Shown here piece after piece: positions 25,594-39,694 of a stretch of 64,000 nt of DNA. Every line of letters begins with the position of its first letter. Within the stretch, counting starts at the first letter, position 1. The translations under genes and the position numbers were made by a program. The notes under the pieces are model-generated. The model saw only the letters and a list, made by a program, of their open reading frames with translations, searched no databases and had not been told where the DNA came from. The DNA comes from Amphiscolops sp. MND2022 (lineage: Eukaryota): assembly GCA_964187785.1 (NCBI GenBank), contig OZ076409.1, positions 8,248,001 through 8,312,000 of the forward strand, in the 5' to 3' direction.

Positions 25594-28500
25594 TTGTGGT
25601 ATCAGTTTCAAACAGACAAACAAACGAACAAATTACAGAAAAAATTCATAATACTTTCCCAGCTGACGATTTTTTGTTTTCGTAAAAGTTTTCAAGATAT
25701 TTGGATTTATATTTAGCTTTAGGAAAAATTTTGTTTTAAGCAAGGCAGTTGCTATATTTTAGAAGGTTGACTTCAACTTGTGACATATGCAGACCTGACC
25801 TCTAAACTCTCAACCGCTAATACGGACATCAGACGATGAGACATTTGGTGCTACTGACCAACAAAACTCTAATTGCTGTATATTTTTGTTATTTAGATAC
25901 GTAGTCATTTACAATACACATTGATACAGCGAGTAGCTACTCTGTTACTATAGCAAACTCTTAAACAGAAAACATTGTTTTAACCCAGTTCTTTGAGATT
26001 ACAACATGACACAGTAAGCAAGATTCATTTTTAATCGTGTAACATCGAATCTTAACCAACCAAGAAAACATGACCACCGTCAAGAACAATATACAACTAC
26101 CCTACCTCGAAGACACCGGACTTGACGGCAAAAAACTGTATACACTGAAAGCATGGACGGAGCGACTACGACACTACATCAAACGAACTCATGATATAGA
26201 CATGAAACCAGCATTATCCGGGGAAACAATACCAACAAGCAACAGATGGAAGGAAAAAGAATCGGAAATAAGACAAGATCTTATCTGGGGAGCCGGACCA
26301 TCGTCTATTGGAAACATAATTAAAAAAGAATTCAACACAGACCCGGATACAATCAATACAAAAAGATTACTACAACTATTCAAAGACTACTGCATACCCA
26401 AACGGAGTACATATCACAGCCGCGGGGATTTCTTCTGGGCAAAACAAGAAGAAAACGAAAACCCAGAAGAACATTGGAGAAAATTGGTCTCTCTCGAAAA
26501 AAAATTGCGAATTCAAGGACATCATCAAACAAGAAGACCTGCTTATCTCAAAATTCATCACTAGTGTCACCGATAAAAAATTACGGGAAAAACTCATCCG
26601 CGAGAAAACACTGAATATCAAAACAACAATGGACTTAGTAACCCAAAACAGCTACGAGAAAAGACATGAACAATCCACAATACCTGCAGCACTCGTAAAA
26701 GAGAAAGAAGTAAAACAGGAACCAATACAGAAAATACACAAAAACTACCAACCAAACAAAAACACACACACCGGAAGACCAACACAAAAGAAAAACGATT
26801 GCGGATTCTGCGGACAATAAAATTGGACACCATCACGTAAATGCCCAGAAAAAACGGCACAATGCAACAACTGCCACAAACTGGGACACTTTGCAAGAGT
26901 ATGCTGCAGCAATACCGAAAAGATGAGAAAAAGAGTAAACTACATCGAGGAAACACATGACAACGAAGAAGAAGAAAGCGAACCCGAAAAAATTAGACAA
27001 ATAACACAAGTTAACCGGATACTACCAAACGAAAGCGACCATTAAGAAATCGAATTGAAAATAAACGGGAAATACCAGAACTGCACAATCGATACCGGAT
27101 CTCCCGTACCCATAGTGCCAAACAACCTAAAAATTTACGAACAGAAAGATATTCAACCGCTGGGAGTGAGATACCAAGACGTGAACAAAATCGTGATTAA
27201 ATTCTTGGGTAAAATCTGGGCTAACATCGAATACAATGGTGAAATCACAAAGTTACCAATACTCATTACGCAAAGAAACTACATTACACATTTATTAGGT
27301 GTGAATTGTTAAAAAAATACCAATTACCACCAACAAAATTTTACTGGACGAGAAGACCAGCCAATCAGAAGACATCCACACAAAATTCAACAAACTGTTC
27401 GAAACGAATCACACAATCAAGAATACGGAAATAAAAAGAATAATAAAACCACGATGCTACCCGATCCAACAAAAAGCCATACCAAGACGATATCACCTGC
27501 AACAAGATGTGAAAAATGAGTTAGACCGATTAATAAAGTGTGGTATCACTTTCAAACAGACAAACAAACGAACAAATTACACAAAAAATTCATAATACTT
27601 TCCCAGCTGACGATTTTTTGTTTTCGTAAAAGTTTTCAAGATATTTGGATTTATCTTTAGCTTTAGGAAAAATTTTGTTTTAAGCAAGGCAGTTGCTATA
27701 TTTTAGAAGGTTGACTTCAACTTGTGACATATGCAGACCTGACCTCTAAACTCTCAACCGCTAATACGGACATCAGACAGGGAGACATTTGGTGCTATTG
27801 ACCAACAAAACTCTAATTGCTGTATATTTTTGTTATTTAGATACGTAGTCATTTACAATACACATTGATACAGCGAGTAGCTACTCTGTTACTATAGCAA
27901 ACTCTTAAACAGAAAACATTGTTTTAACCCAGTTCTTTGAGATTACAACATGACACAGTAAGCAAGATTCATTTTTAATCGTGTAACATCGAATCCTAAC
28001 CAACCAAGAAAACATGACCACCGTCAAGAACAATATACAACTACCCTACCTCGAAGACACCGGACTTGACGGCAAAAAACTGTATACACTGAAAGAATGG
28101 ACGGAGCGACTACGACACTACATCAAACGAACTCATGATATAGACATGAAACCAGCATTATCCGGGGAAACAATACCAACAAGCAACAGATGGACGGAAA
28201 AAGAATCGGAAATAAGATAATCTGGGGAGCCGGACCATCGTCTATTGGAAACATAATTAAAAAAGAATTCAACACAGACCCGGATACAATCAATACAAAA
28301 AGATTACTACAACTATTCAAAGACTACTGCATACCCAAACGGAGTACATATCACAGCGGCGGGGATTTCTTCTGGGCAAAACAAGAAGAAAACGAAAACC
28401 CAGAAATTATTGGAGAAAATTGGTCTCTCTCGAAAAAAAACTGCGAATTCAAGGACATCATCAAACAAGAAGACCTGCTTATCTCAAAATTCATCACTAG

Positions 28501-31410
28501 TGTCACCGATAAAAAATTACGGGAAAAACTCATCCGCGAGAAAACACTGAATATCAAAACAACAATTGACTTAGTAACCCAAAACAGCTACGAGAAAAGA
28601 CATGAACAATCCACAATACCTGCAGCACTCGTAAAAGAGAAAGAAGTAAAACAGGAACCAATACAGAAAATACACAAAAACTACCAACCAAACAAAAACA
28701 CACACACCGGAAGACCAACACAAAAGAAAAACGATTGCGGATTCTGCGGACAATAAAATTGGACACCATCACGTAAATGCCTAGCAAAAATGGCACAATG
28801 CAACAACTGCCACAAACTGGGACACTTTGCAAGAGTATGCTGCAGCAATACCGAAAAGATGAGAAAAAGAGTAAACTACATCGAGGAAACACATGACAAC
28901 GAAGAAGAAGAAAGCGAACCCGAAAAAATTAGACAAATAACACAAGTTAACCGGATACTACCAAACGAAAGCGACCATTAAGAAATCGAATTGAAAATAA
29001 ACGGGAAATACCAGAACTGCACAATCGATACCGGATCTCCCGTACCCATAGTGCCAAACAACCTAAAAATTTACGAACAGAAAGATATTCAACCGCTGGG
29101 AGTGAGATACCAAGACGTGAACAAAATCGTGATTAAATTCTTGGGTAAAATCTGGGCTAACATCGAATACAATGGTGAAATCACAAAGTTACCAATACTC
29201 ATTACGCAAAGAAACTACATTACACATTTATTAGGTGTGAATTGTTAAAAAAATACCAATTACCACCAACACAATTTTACTGGACGAGAAGACCAGCCAA
29301 TCAGAAGACATCCACACAAAATTCAACAAACTGTTCGAAACGAATCACACAATCAAGAATACGGAATTAAAAGAATAATAAAACCACGATGCTACCCGAT
29401 CCAACAAAAAGCCATACCAAGACGATATCACCTGCAACAAGATGTGAAAAATGAGTTAGACCGATTAATAAAGTGTGGTATCACTTTCAAACAGACAAAC
29501 AAACGAACAAATTACAGAAAAAATTCATAATACTTTCCCAGCTGACGATTTTTTGTTTTCGTAAAAGTTTTCAAGATATTTGGATTTATATTTAGCTTTA
29601 GGAAAAATTTTGTTTTAAGCAAGGCAGTTGCTATATTTTAGAAGGTTGACTTCAACTTGTGACATATGCAGACCTGACCTCTAAACTCTCAACCGCTAAT
29701 ACGGACATCAGACAGAGAGACATTTGGTGCTACTGACCAACAAAACTCTAATTGCTGTATATTTTTGTTATTTAGATACGTAGTCATTTACAATACATAT
29801 TGATACAGCGAGTAGCTACTCTGTTACTATAGCAAACTCTTAAACAGAAAACATTGTTTTAACCCAGTTCTTTGAGATTACAACATGACACAGTAAGCAA
29901 GATTCATTTTTAATCGTGTAACATCGAATCTTAACCAACCAAGAAAACATGACCACCGTCAAGAACAATATACAACTACCCTACCTCGAAGACACCGGAC
30001 TTGACGGCAAAAAACTGTATACACTGAAAGAATGGACGGAGCGACTACGACACTACATCAAACGAACTCATGATATAGACATGAAACCAGCATTATCCGG
30101 GGAAACAATACCAACAAGCAACAGATGGACGGAAAAAGAATCGGAAATAAGACAAGATCTTATCTGGGGAGCCGGACCATCGTCTATTGGAAACATAATT
30201 AAAAAAGAATTCAACACAGACCCGGATACAATCAATACAAAAAGAATACTACAACTATTCAAAGACTACTGCATACCCAAACGGAGTACATATCACAGCG
30301 GCGGGGATTTCTTCTGGGCAAAACAAGAAGAAAACGAAAACCCAGAAATTATTGGAGAAAAATTGGTCTCTCTCGAAAAAAAACTGCGAATTCAAGGACA
30401 TCATCAAACAAGAAGACCTGCTTATCTCAAAATTCATCACTAGTGTCACCGATAAAAAATTACGGGAAAAACTCATCCGCGAGAAAACACTGAATATCAA
30501 AACAACAATGGACTTAGTAACCCAAAACAGCTACGAGAAAAGACATGAACAATCCACAATACCTGCAGCACTCGTAAAAGAGAAAGAAGTAAAACAGGAA
30601 CCAATACAGAAAATACACAAAAACTACCAACCAAACAAAAACACACACCGGAAGACCAACACAAAAGAAAAACGATTGCGGATTCTGCGGACAATAAAAT
30701 TGGACACCATCACGTAAATGCCCAGCAAAAACGGCACAATGCAACAACTGCCACAAACTGGGACACTTTGCAAGAGTATGCTGCAGCAATACCGAAAAGA
30801 TGAGAAAAAGAGTAAACTACATCGAGGAAACACATGACAACGAAGAAGAAGAAAGCGAACCCGAAAAAATTAGACAAATAACACAAGTTAACCGGATACT
30901 ACCAAACGAAAGCGACCATTAAGAAATCGAATTGAAAATAAACGGGAAATACCAGAACTGCACAATCGATACCGGATCTCCCGTACCCATAGTGCCAAAC
31001 AACCTAAAAATTTACGAACAGAAAGATATTCAACCGCTGGGAGTGAGATACCAAGACGTGAACAAAATCGTGATTAAATTTTTGGGTAAAATCTGGGCTA
31101 ACATCGAATACAATGGTGAAATCACAAAGTTACCAATACTCATTACGCAAAGAAACTACATTACACATTTATTAGGTGTGAATTGTTAAAAAAACCCCAA
31201 TTACCACCAACACAATTTTACTGGACGAGAAGACCAGCCAATCAGAAGACATCCACACAAAATTCAACAAACTGTTCGAAACGAATCACACAATCAAGAA
31301 TACGGAAATAAAAAGAATAATAAAACCACGATGCTACCCGATCCAACAAAAAGCCATACCAAGACGATATCACCTGCAACAAGATGTGGAAAATGAGTTA
31401 GACCGATTAT
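25594..31410 (+). repeat. Tandem triplication (~1.94-kb unit): host flank + 5' LTR + gag + protease + start of RT
   Basis: Unit start TGTGGTATCA(G/C)TTTCAAACAG at ~25594, ~27539 and ~29474. LTR copies at 25779-26006, 27723-27950 and 29658-29885. Confidence 0.95.
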
Positions 31411-34400
31411 TAAAATCCGGTCACTTTGAAAGATTGGAAACAATCGAAGAAGACTGTTTTGTATCCCCCGTAGTAGCTACGGCGATGAAAGACAAAACTG
31501 TAAAAATTGCTTTTGATGCTAGAAAACTAAACGAATGTTGCGTAAAAAAAAGACCGCACATGCAAAACATGGACGAATTATTGAACCAGATTTTCGCAGA
31601 ATTGTCAAGGAATGCCTATGGACAGAAGAAACTAGCACCGGAAACCAGCAAACACTGCATTTTCGCCGTTACAAGAAAAAACTCGAATGGATATTACCGA
31701 TTCCTAAAAGGCTTTTACGGTCCTGTCGACATACCCACAATTTTCCAAAAAAAACAGACAGAACACTCGGACACCAAGCATCCGTTTGGCTAGACGACAT
31801 CATCATTGTAACCCGGGGAACAAAAGAAGGACATACCCGAAATTTATATTCGGTACAAACGAAACTAGAAAACGAAGGATACAAAGCAAGTAAAAAGAAA
31901 TCAAAATTTTACCAAAAAGATACAAGATGGCTCGGACACAAAATCTCACAGGATGGAATCAGACCCAACAAAGAAAAAACAGACGCAATAAACAAATTAA
32001 AACACCCCACAAACCCGAAAACATTGAAGTATTTTCTCTCGGCCATCCATTACTTCGCAAAATTCATACCGAATCTTTCCAAAACGACCGACAACATGAG
32101 ACAACTACTAAAAAAGGAACAAAAAGGAATTGGACCGATGAACGCAACACAGAATTCAACAAAATAAACGAAGTATTAACTTCTCTACCGTGCCAAGCCC
32201 ACTACAACGGAGGTGAAGAAACCATCGTCACTACGGACGCTGGCAACACCGGACTGGGAGTGGCCTTATGGCAAAAGCAGAACAATGGAGAATTAAAACC
32301 TATCGCAGTTGCCAGCTGCTACGTAAATGATACAGAAAAGAAATATTCCATCGGTAATTTGGAATTACTAGCCGCTGCTTGAGGACTACAGAGATTCCGA
32401 TTCTACCTATACCTGAAACAAATTCAACTATTCCCGGATCACCAAACACATTATTGAAAAGAAACAAAACCAACAAACAGTACAGCGCACGGCTAACAAG
32501 ATGGCTAGGTAGACTAAACCACTTCGATATCAGTTTAAAACACACTGCCGGGAAAGAATTAAAAATCACGGACTTTATCAGTCGAAATCCAACCAAAAAC
32601 CCGGAATCGGAAGAACAATACGGGGAATAAAGTGTGATCAGCGCCATCGCGCTACTAGCAACGTTAACCGCCCGCATAGGACGGATTTTCAACCAATCAA
32701 AAACCGAGATCACGGACAGCGAAACGAATATGCATAATATTTGCACGCTAATTGATACGTGACGCTACCGAGCAAACAAAAGCCACACTGATTCCAATAA
32801 CCATTCATTACAGCCGCTTGAAAACGAAATAACCGTGAATCATCCGAGAATGAACAACAACAATGATGAGAATCAAAACGCAAGACAGTCCCTAAATGAC
32901 CGGCAAATACGTTACCATTGGGGTGCAGATGATGCTATTATGGCAATAATCAACAGCAGAGAAAAATCACCCGAAACTACGGAGCTAGTAAGGAGACGAA
33001 CTGAAGTGGCAAGACCCGGAGCAATGAGACCGCAATGGAATAGAGAATAGAGGCCTGGGCAGAGAAATATATGTGCCAACAAGACCGAAAGAAGGGAAAT
33101 AAAAAGAATTGACATCCAACTGAAAAAAAAACAAGAGCAATCACAGATCGGCGGCGGATTTTTCAGAAACTTCGACGACGAAATACCGCAAAGACCGGAA
33201 AACACGAACGAAAACAGAGACTCAGAGACGACCACATCATCGAAAACCGAAGAAGCCGTGACAATACACGAACCCGGAGCCTACCCTGTAATACCTGGTC
33301 AGGAATACTGCGACGGCACCATTTAGGACATAGCCGTACACCATGTCCGGATAAATCGAGTGGTTGAACAAAAAGCCACCAGAAAGAAACAATAGGGGGA
33401 CAATATTAGGGCAGCTGAACTGGATTTTATGCTGGACTTGGAGACACTAATCAAAGAGACGGCCGCTGACCCAGACTTGATAAAACTAAATTGCTGCCTC
33501 GAAGACAATAACAGCAACCAAATCCCGCACGACTACAGAACTGTAGCCAAACAGCTGACCCACAGATGGGGCATAATCATGGTAGATGACCCTATCATTG
33601 GACCCAAAACATTACGCTACGCCGCTCTAAACGCCCTACACTTCGGCCATCCCGGAATCAACAAGATGTGTAGCGATGCTGCCATATTCTGGTGGCCGAA
33701 CATGCGGACTGATATTGAAAAGAAAGCAAAAACCTGCTCAGCTTGCCTCAACGCCGGTAAGAATTTAAAGTTCTAAATACCTTTAACCGAAAAAAAACGA
33801 AAATTGAAACACCGAAAAAGCCGAGTGAAGAAATTCAAATCGATATACGTGCTAAGATTTACGATACACTCTGAAACCAAAAAGACACCGTTCGCAATAC
33901 ATTTCGCACGGGAACCCAGAACTAAATTATCTAACATACAAAGTGCTGTTTCAGTAGACTCAAAAGACCTCTCGGTCTACACTACCCGAAATTCGGCGGG
34001 AAAAATAACGGATCACCTAGTGATGTCAAAAAAGAAGACTGTGGATCCCAAATACAAACGAGGGATGACGTTCCAGGAAACCAAAAAACCGACTGTTTTG
34101 GTTAGTATAAACAAATTTGAATATCCTCTTAAATTCTATGAAAAGAAATTTTAAAAAAGATCACTAGAAAGCAAAGTCAAGAATAGAACACAAACCGCAG
34201 TATCAGGTACGGAACACACCGTAACTACAAGCAAAAATAAAATAATACATAGAAAACTAATTTCCAACCCGTTGCCCTTTCAGCAGACAATCACCGCACC
34301 TAAAAAGCGAATAAGCACCCGGGAAAATGACCAACCAACCCGCTCAAAGAACTTAGACACGACCATCGCCAGTGGAAACCCGTGTATCTACAGGCCAAAA

Positions 34401-35178
34401 GAGACCCCACAGCTAATAAACCACGAGAGAAGCGAATATTGGCTAAAAAAAACAGAACAGCCCAGAAACAACAAGGGCCAATTCACGTCACCGAGCAAAA
34501 ACACAGAAGAGATGGAAACAGACCTGAATTTAAGCATCGTGTCGGACGAAGAGTTTGATTGCTGTAAAAAGTCCGAAGGAAAACCGGTTCAAACCAACAT
34601 CGATGACGAACTTCATTTGCTTCTAAAAGACAACAAACTAACTCCCGGCCAAGGTACTTATGAAGGAAGAAATAAAACAACTGAACCGCAAACATTGGTC
34701 AGAAGATCAAACAGACTACCATTTCCAAAACAAACCGAAAAACTAGGCGGTGTACCATACCAAAAATAATAACAATAGAAAGAAACAAACTGTTAAAGGT
34801 AATGTATTGCAGGAAAAAACGGCTACAACAACAAGGGAGACTGAAGACGAAAACCACCGCTCAGTTTGGCAAGAAACCTAAAAAATCTGTACAATACGGC
34901 ACTACAACAACGATAGGCGATTCCCACACGGACAAACCCGGAGAGGGGGGAATGTGACATATGCAGACCTGACCTCAAACTCTCAACCGCTAATACGACC
35001 ATCAGGCAGAGAGACATTTGGTACTATTGACCAACAAAACTCTAATTGCTCTCTATTTATGTTATTTAGATACGTAGTCATTTACAATACACATTGATAC
35101 AGCGAATAGCTACTCTGTTACAATAATGAACTCTTAAAGAGGAAACATTGTTTAAACCCAGTTTTTGAGATTACAACA
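25779..35178 (+). mobile_element. Gypsy/Ty3 LTR retrotransposon (Mag-like), inactivated
   Basis: ~228-bp LTRs TGTGAC...ACAACA, with the 3' LTR at 34953-35178. PPT GGAGAGGGGGGAA. TSD CAACT/CAACC. Decayed PBS TGACACAGTAAGCAAGATTC. Domain order gag-PR-RT-RH-IN. Confidence 0.93.
29949..34769 (+). pseudogene. Gag-pol pseudogene
   Basis: Two Zn knuckles (CGFCGQ*..C, CNNCHKLGHFARVC), protease IDTGS, RT WLDDIII, RNase H TTDAGNTGLG/YSIGNLELLA, integrase HHCC (LHFGHPG...CSAC). Many stops and frameshifts; integrase DDE core appears deleted near 33845. Confidence 0.92.
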
Positions 35179-35243
35179 CAACCCACTAGTGAAACACAAC
35201 ACAGCATACATAAAGCATCGCATTGGAACTAGCAAGGCTACTA

Positions 35244-35587
35244 GGTGAACCAGAAAATGGAACGTGCAAAAATTCTCTCAAAGTTTCAAATATTTACCAA
35301 TAAAAGTTTCACAACATCTTTGAGCGCTGCAGTCAATCATTCAAGTTGGCAACTTTTCTTCGAAGCGACAGAACTTTCACACATTAAAAGTGAAAATGAA
35401 ATGACTGGTCAAGACGTCTGCAATGTTTCTGAAGGTTCGAACCATCCGTAGTTGAAGATGTGTTTACGTAGCGGGAGCTTCATTCTAAATGATTGACAAA
35501 AAAATGAACGATTTTCAAGTTCTTGTTTACAAATAATACAATTTTGAAGACGCAAATTTTTGTACGTTCTGTTCGTTTTGGTTCACC
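35244..35587. mobile_element. TA-flanked MITE
   Basis: Imperfect TIRs taGGTGAACCAGAAAATGGAACGTGCAAAAATT / AATTTTTGTACGTTCTGTTCGTTTTGGTTCACCta. A related end lies at ~36450-36476. Confidence 0.55.
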
Positions 35588-36138
35588 TATAGATCGTTTC
35601 AAAAAGTTCGCGAGACTAGAACTAATCAATCGTCGCTGACAATACCATGTGTAAAGTCAAAAAATAAATGTCGACGGCACCAGTTAACTCTCCTATCTTT
35701 TTGAGCATTCGTAAGAACGTCTTGTATAGCAACACGATTTCGAATGTCGGGATTTTTTAAAAAAACGGTGTCCGTGGCATTGGAGAAAAGTCGTCTGGCT
35801 GTAAGCAGAAGGTCAGAAAGCCGGAATTTCGAGTTTCGATTAACGCGGCCCAGAAGCTGACGCTTGATTTTTCTTGTGAGTACAGATTTTTGACCCAATT
35901 TGCCTTTTTCTGCCCAATACGTTGCTTCAGGATTCCTCTAAATGTTGTCTCCGAAATCGAGAAATTCTGAGCAATTGCTGAGTTTGCATAATCCGGGTTT
36001 GCATCTTTAAAACGGTATATCGATTTTGCAAGGTCGTCAGATGTGCGTTTGCCTCGCATGGTTGCAGAAATTGATATCATAACATCGCTAATTAAAAGAC
36101 TGGTACCTAGTCTCGCGAACTTTTTGAAACGATCTATA
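35588..36138 (-). mobile_element. Internally deleted Tc1/mariner element with transposase N-terminal remnant
   Basis: Perfect 32-bp inverted repeat including flanking TA (35588-35619 / 36107-36138). Minus-strand frames MRGKRTSDD...AIAQNFSIS (HTH-like) and LTNAQKDRRVNWCRRH...IVSDD (start of the DDE domain), frameshifted. Confidence 0.85.
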
Positions 36139-39100
36139 ATATGAAACATGTCATTGTGCCCTTTGCTGCACGGCGTAGAACTCAAATGCCTTTTAAACCA
36201 GCCTTAGCATGACAACCAAAGCTTGAAAAACTCACAAGCATTTTTCTGAAGGCATCAATGGATCCACAACTGACTATGAATGAGAAGTTAGTGTTTTTCT
36301 AAAATTCTTGTTTCAGTACAAAATCGACATCAGAAATATTTTACAAGGAAAAAGTTCGAAAAAAACATTAACTCAATTGAGACCGTTTTCGAGCTTTGGG
36401 AACGATTCAGAAAAAAATCCAAACCTTGTATGGCAGCTACGGCTCACAATTTTTGTACAGAACCACGGTTCACCATATCAATGATAGCATTCAGACCAGC
36501 GACAAAATCCAAACTGATCTGGATTGTCAAAACTAATCGAGATCACTAACATTTTCAATATGCGTAGAACAAGCCGGGAACGGCATGAGTCGGCGAACAG
36601 CAAATGACTTGGCTCTCGTTTTCTGTAACAATAATTCTGGTTTGATCCCCAGAATAAATCTTCTTGTACTTCGATTTTTTTCCGGACCATCCGGTTCCTG
36701 GCATTTCTTCTCCTTCTAGTAGTGGAATAATATCCATTTTGTGTTCTCCCTTGATGAACTGACCCCTGGTCGAAACTACAGGAACTATTTACATGCAGCA
36801 TTAAAGCGCGCAGGCTAATTTATTTTAAAAACATAGAAAATTCACAGACCATGCATGGAAAATTCTTGCAAAACTTCCCTGCAGCTTAGAAATCCTGGCA
36901 GCATTTTCCTGCGCTTTGAAAAAATGTCCAAGCTGCTTAAAGCAATTTTGAAAAAAAATCCATGCAAGACTGTAAACATTTTCTTCAAAAACGACCGTTT
37001 TCTTAGCCCAAAAAAAATTCAGATATACGAATTTGTTTGCCACACTGGCACACGCAAAAATTTTGTTTACATCATATTGTAGCTTCAGCACTCGCAACAT
37101 TTGAGATTTTACCCGTAAAAACATGAAAAATTTTGCGGGGAATTTCTCTTGAACTTTCTTGATGTTGTTCTGAAAACCCGCCAAATTGTATAGAAATCCT
37201 AATAAATATTTGAAAAAATAGCATTGCATCATGGAAATATTTAGCATTAATGATTCTCTATGAAACTCTAAAAATCATGCTAAAAATGCTTGGTAGCCTA
37301 TAAAATCATGTAAAAGTTTCAAGCAGTTTCAACTAGGGACACTAATCTTTTTAAGTATTGTCTCAGCGTAAATACCGGATTCCCGGCCACCATTTTGGTT
37401 TCTAGTTTCAGTCCTCTACGTTTTTCTACTATGTTTGGTTGTTGTTCTCGTAGTAAGATTATTTCCGGCTCAATTTATTAAAAATTGGCTGAGTGTGCCA
37501 TGTTCTTATCTAAGGTTAAGGTTGCAAAAACGCGAATTATTGAAATGAGCCTTTTTCTAAGCAACTGGCCGTAACAAAACAAATGAATATATTTTTAATA
37601 TACTTCTAACACTAATGTAATGTTTGATAGTAAACATCTCACTAGTCTTTGAGACTGAAACTTGGTAGGTTCATTGGCGTTGCCCGCATTTCACTTCAAA
37701 GCGTCAAGGATGCTCTTTTGAATGAATTCTCATTTTCACACTACCAAAAAGAAAAGAAGTGGACCTTTGGAATCAAAAGGGCTTTTTTCCGTTTTTCTCA
37801 CTAGAAACATCAGAAACCAAAGCTTTTGTGCTTTTTTTGTGCTTCTTCCCCCACCTGAAACATCAGAAAAAAAGCAAAAAATATTTTTGGGAACTGAAAA
37901 TTTTCCCTGAAAAAGCCCAACAAGGTACAAAACTCCAATGCAGGGAACCATTGACCTTAGAAGTGCTTCTTTGTTTTTATACCCAAGAGAAACATGAGAA
38001 AACCAATGCTGTTTTGCTTCTCCTCCCACATGAAGCATTAGAAAAACAAACCGAGAACCCTTTTTGGAAATGAAAAATTTCCCTATAAATTGCAGTGCCA
38101 AAAAATCCAAAGGATAGACCCTTCGGTTTTGAAAAAACTCTTTTAAACTAAAATGCAAAAAAAAACAGAGGATCCTTTTGGAAAAGTGAGATTTTTGAGG
38201 AAAAGTAGCAAAGAATAAAACCCGAAGGGGCGGCCTTTGGGCTTAAAAACGCTGTTTTGAGAAAATATCAAAAATACCAAGGGGGACCCATTGGAAAAAT
38301 TGAAAAATTCCGAAAAAAATCTCAAAACAAAAACAAAACGAAAAGACCTCGTTTTTAGTTAAATAATTTTGTCAAAGATTGACAATTTGCTATTTTGTAG
38401 GATTTTTGTATTTTGGCATTCGGCACGAAATGTCACTATAACAGTCGTGTTTTATTTCATAAAGCGCCAAATGAAACCTGTCGAGTAATTGGAACTCAGC
38501 TGACATAAAGTTAATGGAACTTTTTCCTTCCCCCCCCCCATACTTTTCAAGATGATGTTTTTGCAATTAACTATATCTCAATTGCGTTTCCAATGAAACA
38601 GTTCAGTTTTAACTTTATTCTCAGGGTGATAGTTTAGGATTCAGATACAAACTTTGTTCACACTTTTTCCCTATGTAGTTACGCATTTTTGTTTTGAGTC
38701 ATCAATAAACACTCAATACGAACATAATTAGTCAAATTGTGTGTGTCGATACTCGACCGGCGTTGGTTCGATCCCCGATATTGACCGATCTTTCTGAAAC
38801 CGTAAAAGTAAAAATTGATTTTTCAAATATTATTCGAAATTTGCTATCTCGAATTGTCTGTAATTCAGCTTCAATTCTGCCGTCGATGAAATACCTTGGA
38901 GTCCGTACCATTAAAAACGCACTATCAATTTCTACGACAAAAATTTCTCATAGTAATTTAAACGGTTGGTTGGCCATAAACTATCATCTAAACGATATAC
39001 CACCCGATATATTTCCTTTTCACTTTTTCCACCCGAAAAGAAAACAGATAAATGCTTCTATCAGACCAAACACCAATTTCTAGATCGAATCTTCGGCGAT

Positions 39101-39445
39101 ATTTATTCAAAGAAAATAAAATAGCATAGCTATCATAGCATGTAAAAAGGAAGCATAAAAAAGATAGCAGAGCATGTAAAATACTTCGGCTTTTTTCCGA
39201 ACACCTGAAAGGTACTATAAAATTACATTAAACTCCGAGAATATCTGAAATTCAAGTTTCGGATTTCATCTGATATTTTTAAAGATGAATCTCGACTGGA
39301 GCCTTTGTGTTTTTTAGCAGTCATCACGAATTATCCCCCATTCTTGTATTTAAATACAAAGAAATTTGTTAATTTCTAAAATTTCACATGACTTGAGTTG
39401 GCTCAATTGGTTCAATCGATTTTGAAACTGCACAGAATTTCTCAC

Positions 39446-39694
39446 GCTAAGGTTGTTTTCGAGTTTTCAACATGACGCAGAAATTCTCCTTTTTTTTCTT
39501 CGCAAGCTTCGTTTGTTTTCCCTTCCTTTGGACTAAGAGCTGTTGGTATGTTGGTCTCATTGCACTGAGTAACATTGACCTTCTTCTGTTTGTTTGAAAA
39601 CATCTGGTGAATCATATGAAAATAATTGTACGGTTCATCGGCGCCATATGTCTTGAAAAGTCCTTTTGTGACATGTTTATTTTTTTCTGGCAAC
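39446..39694 (-). CDS. Gene B exon 1 as visible (phase 2 to 2), LPEKNKHVTKGLFKTYGADEPYNYF...KTTL(A)
   Basis: Acceptor atgttttag|G TTG and donor GC|gtgaga. 249 nt. Phase fits exon 2. Upstream connection uncertain. Confidence 0.6.
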
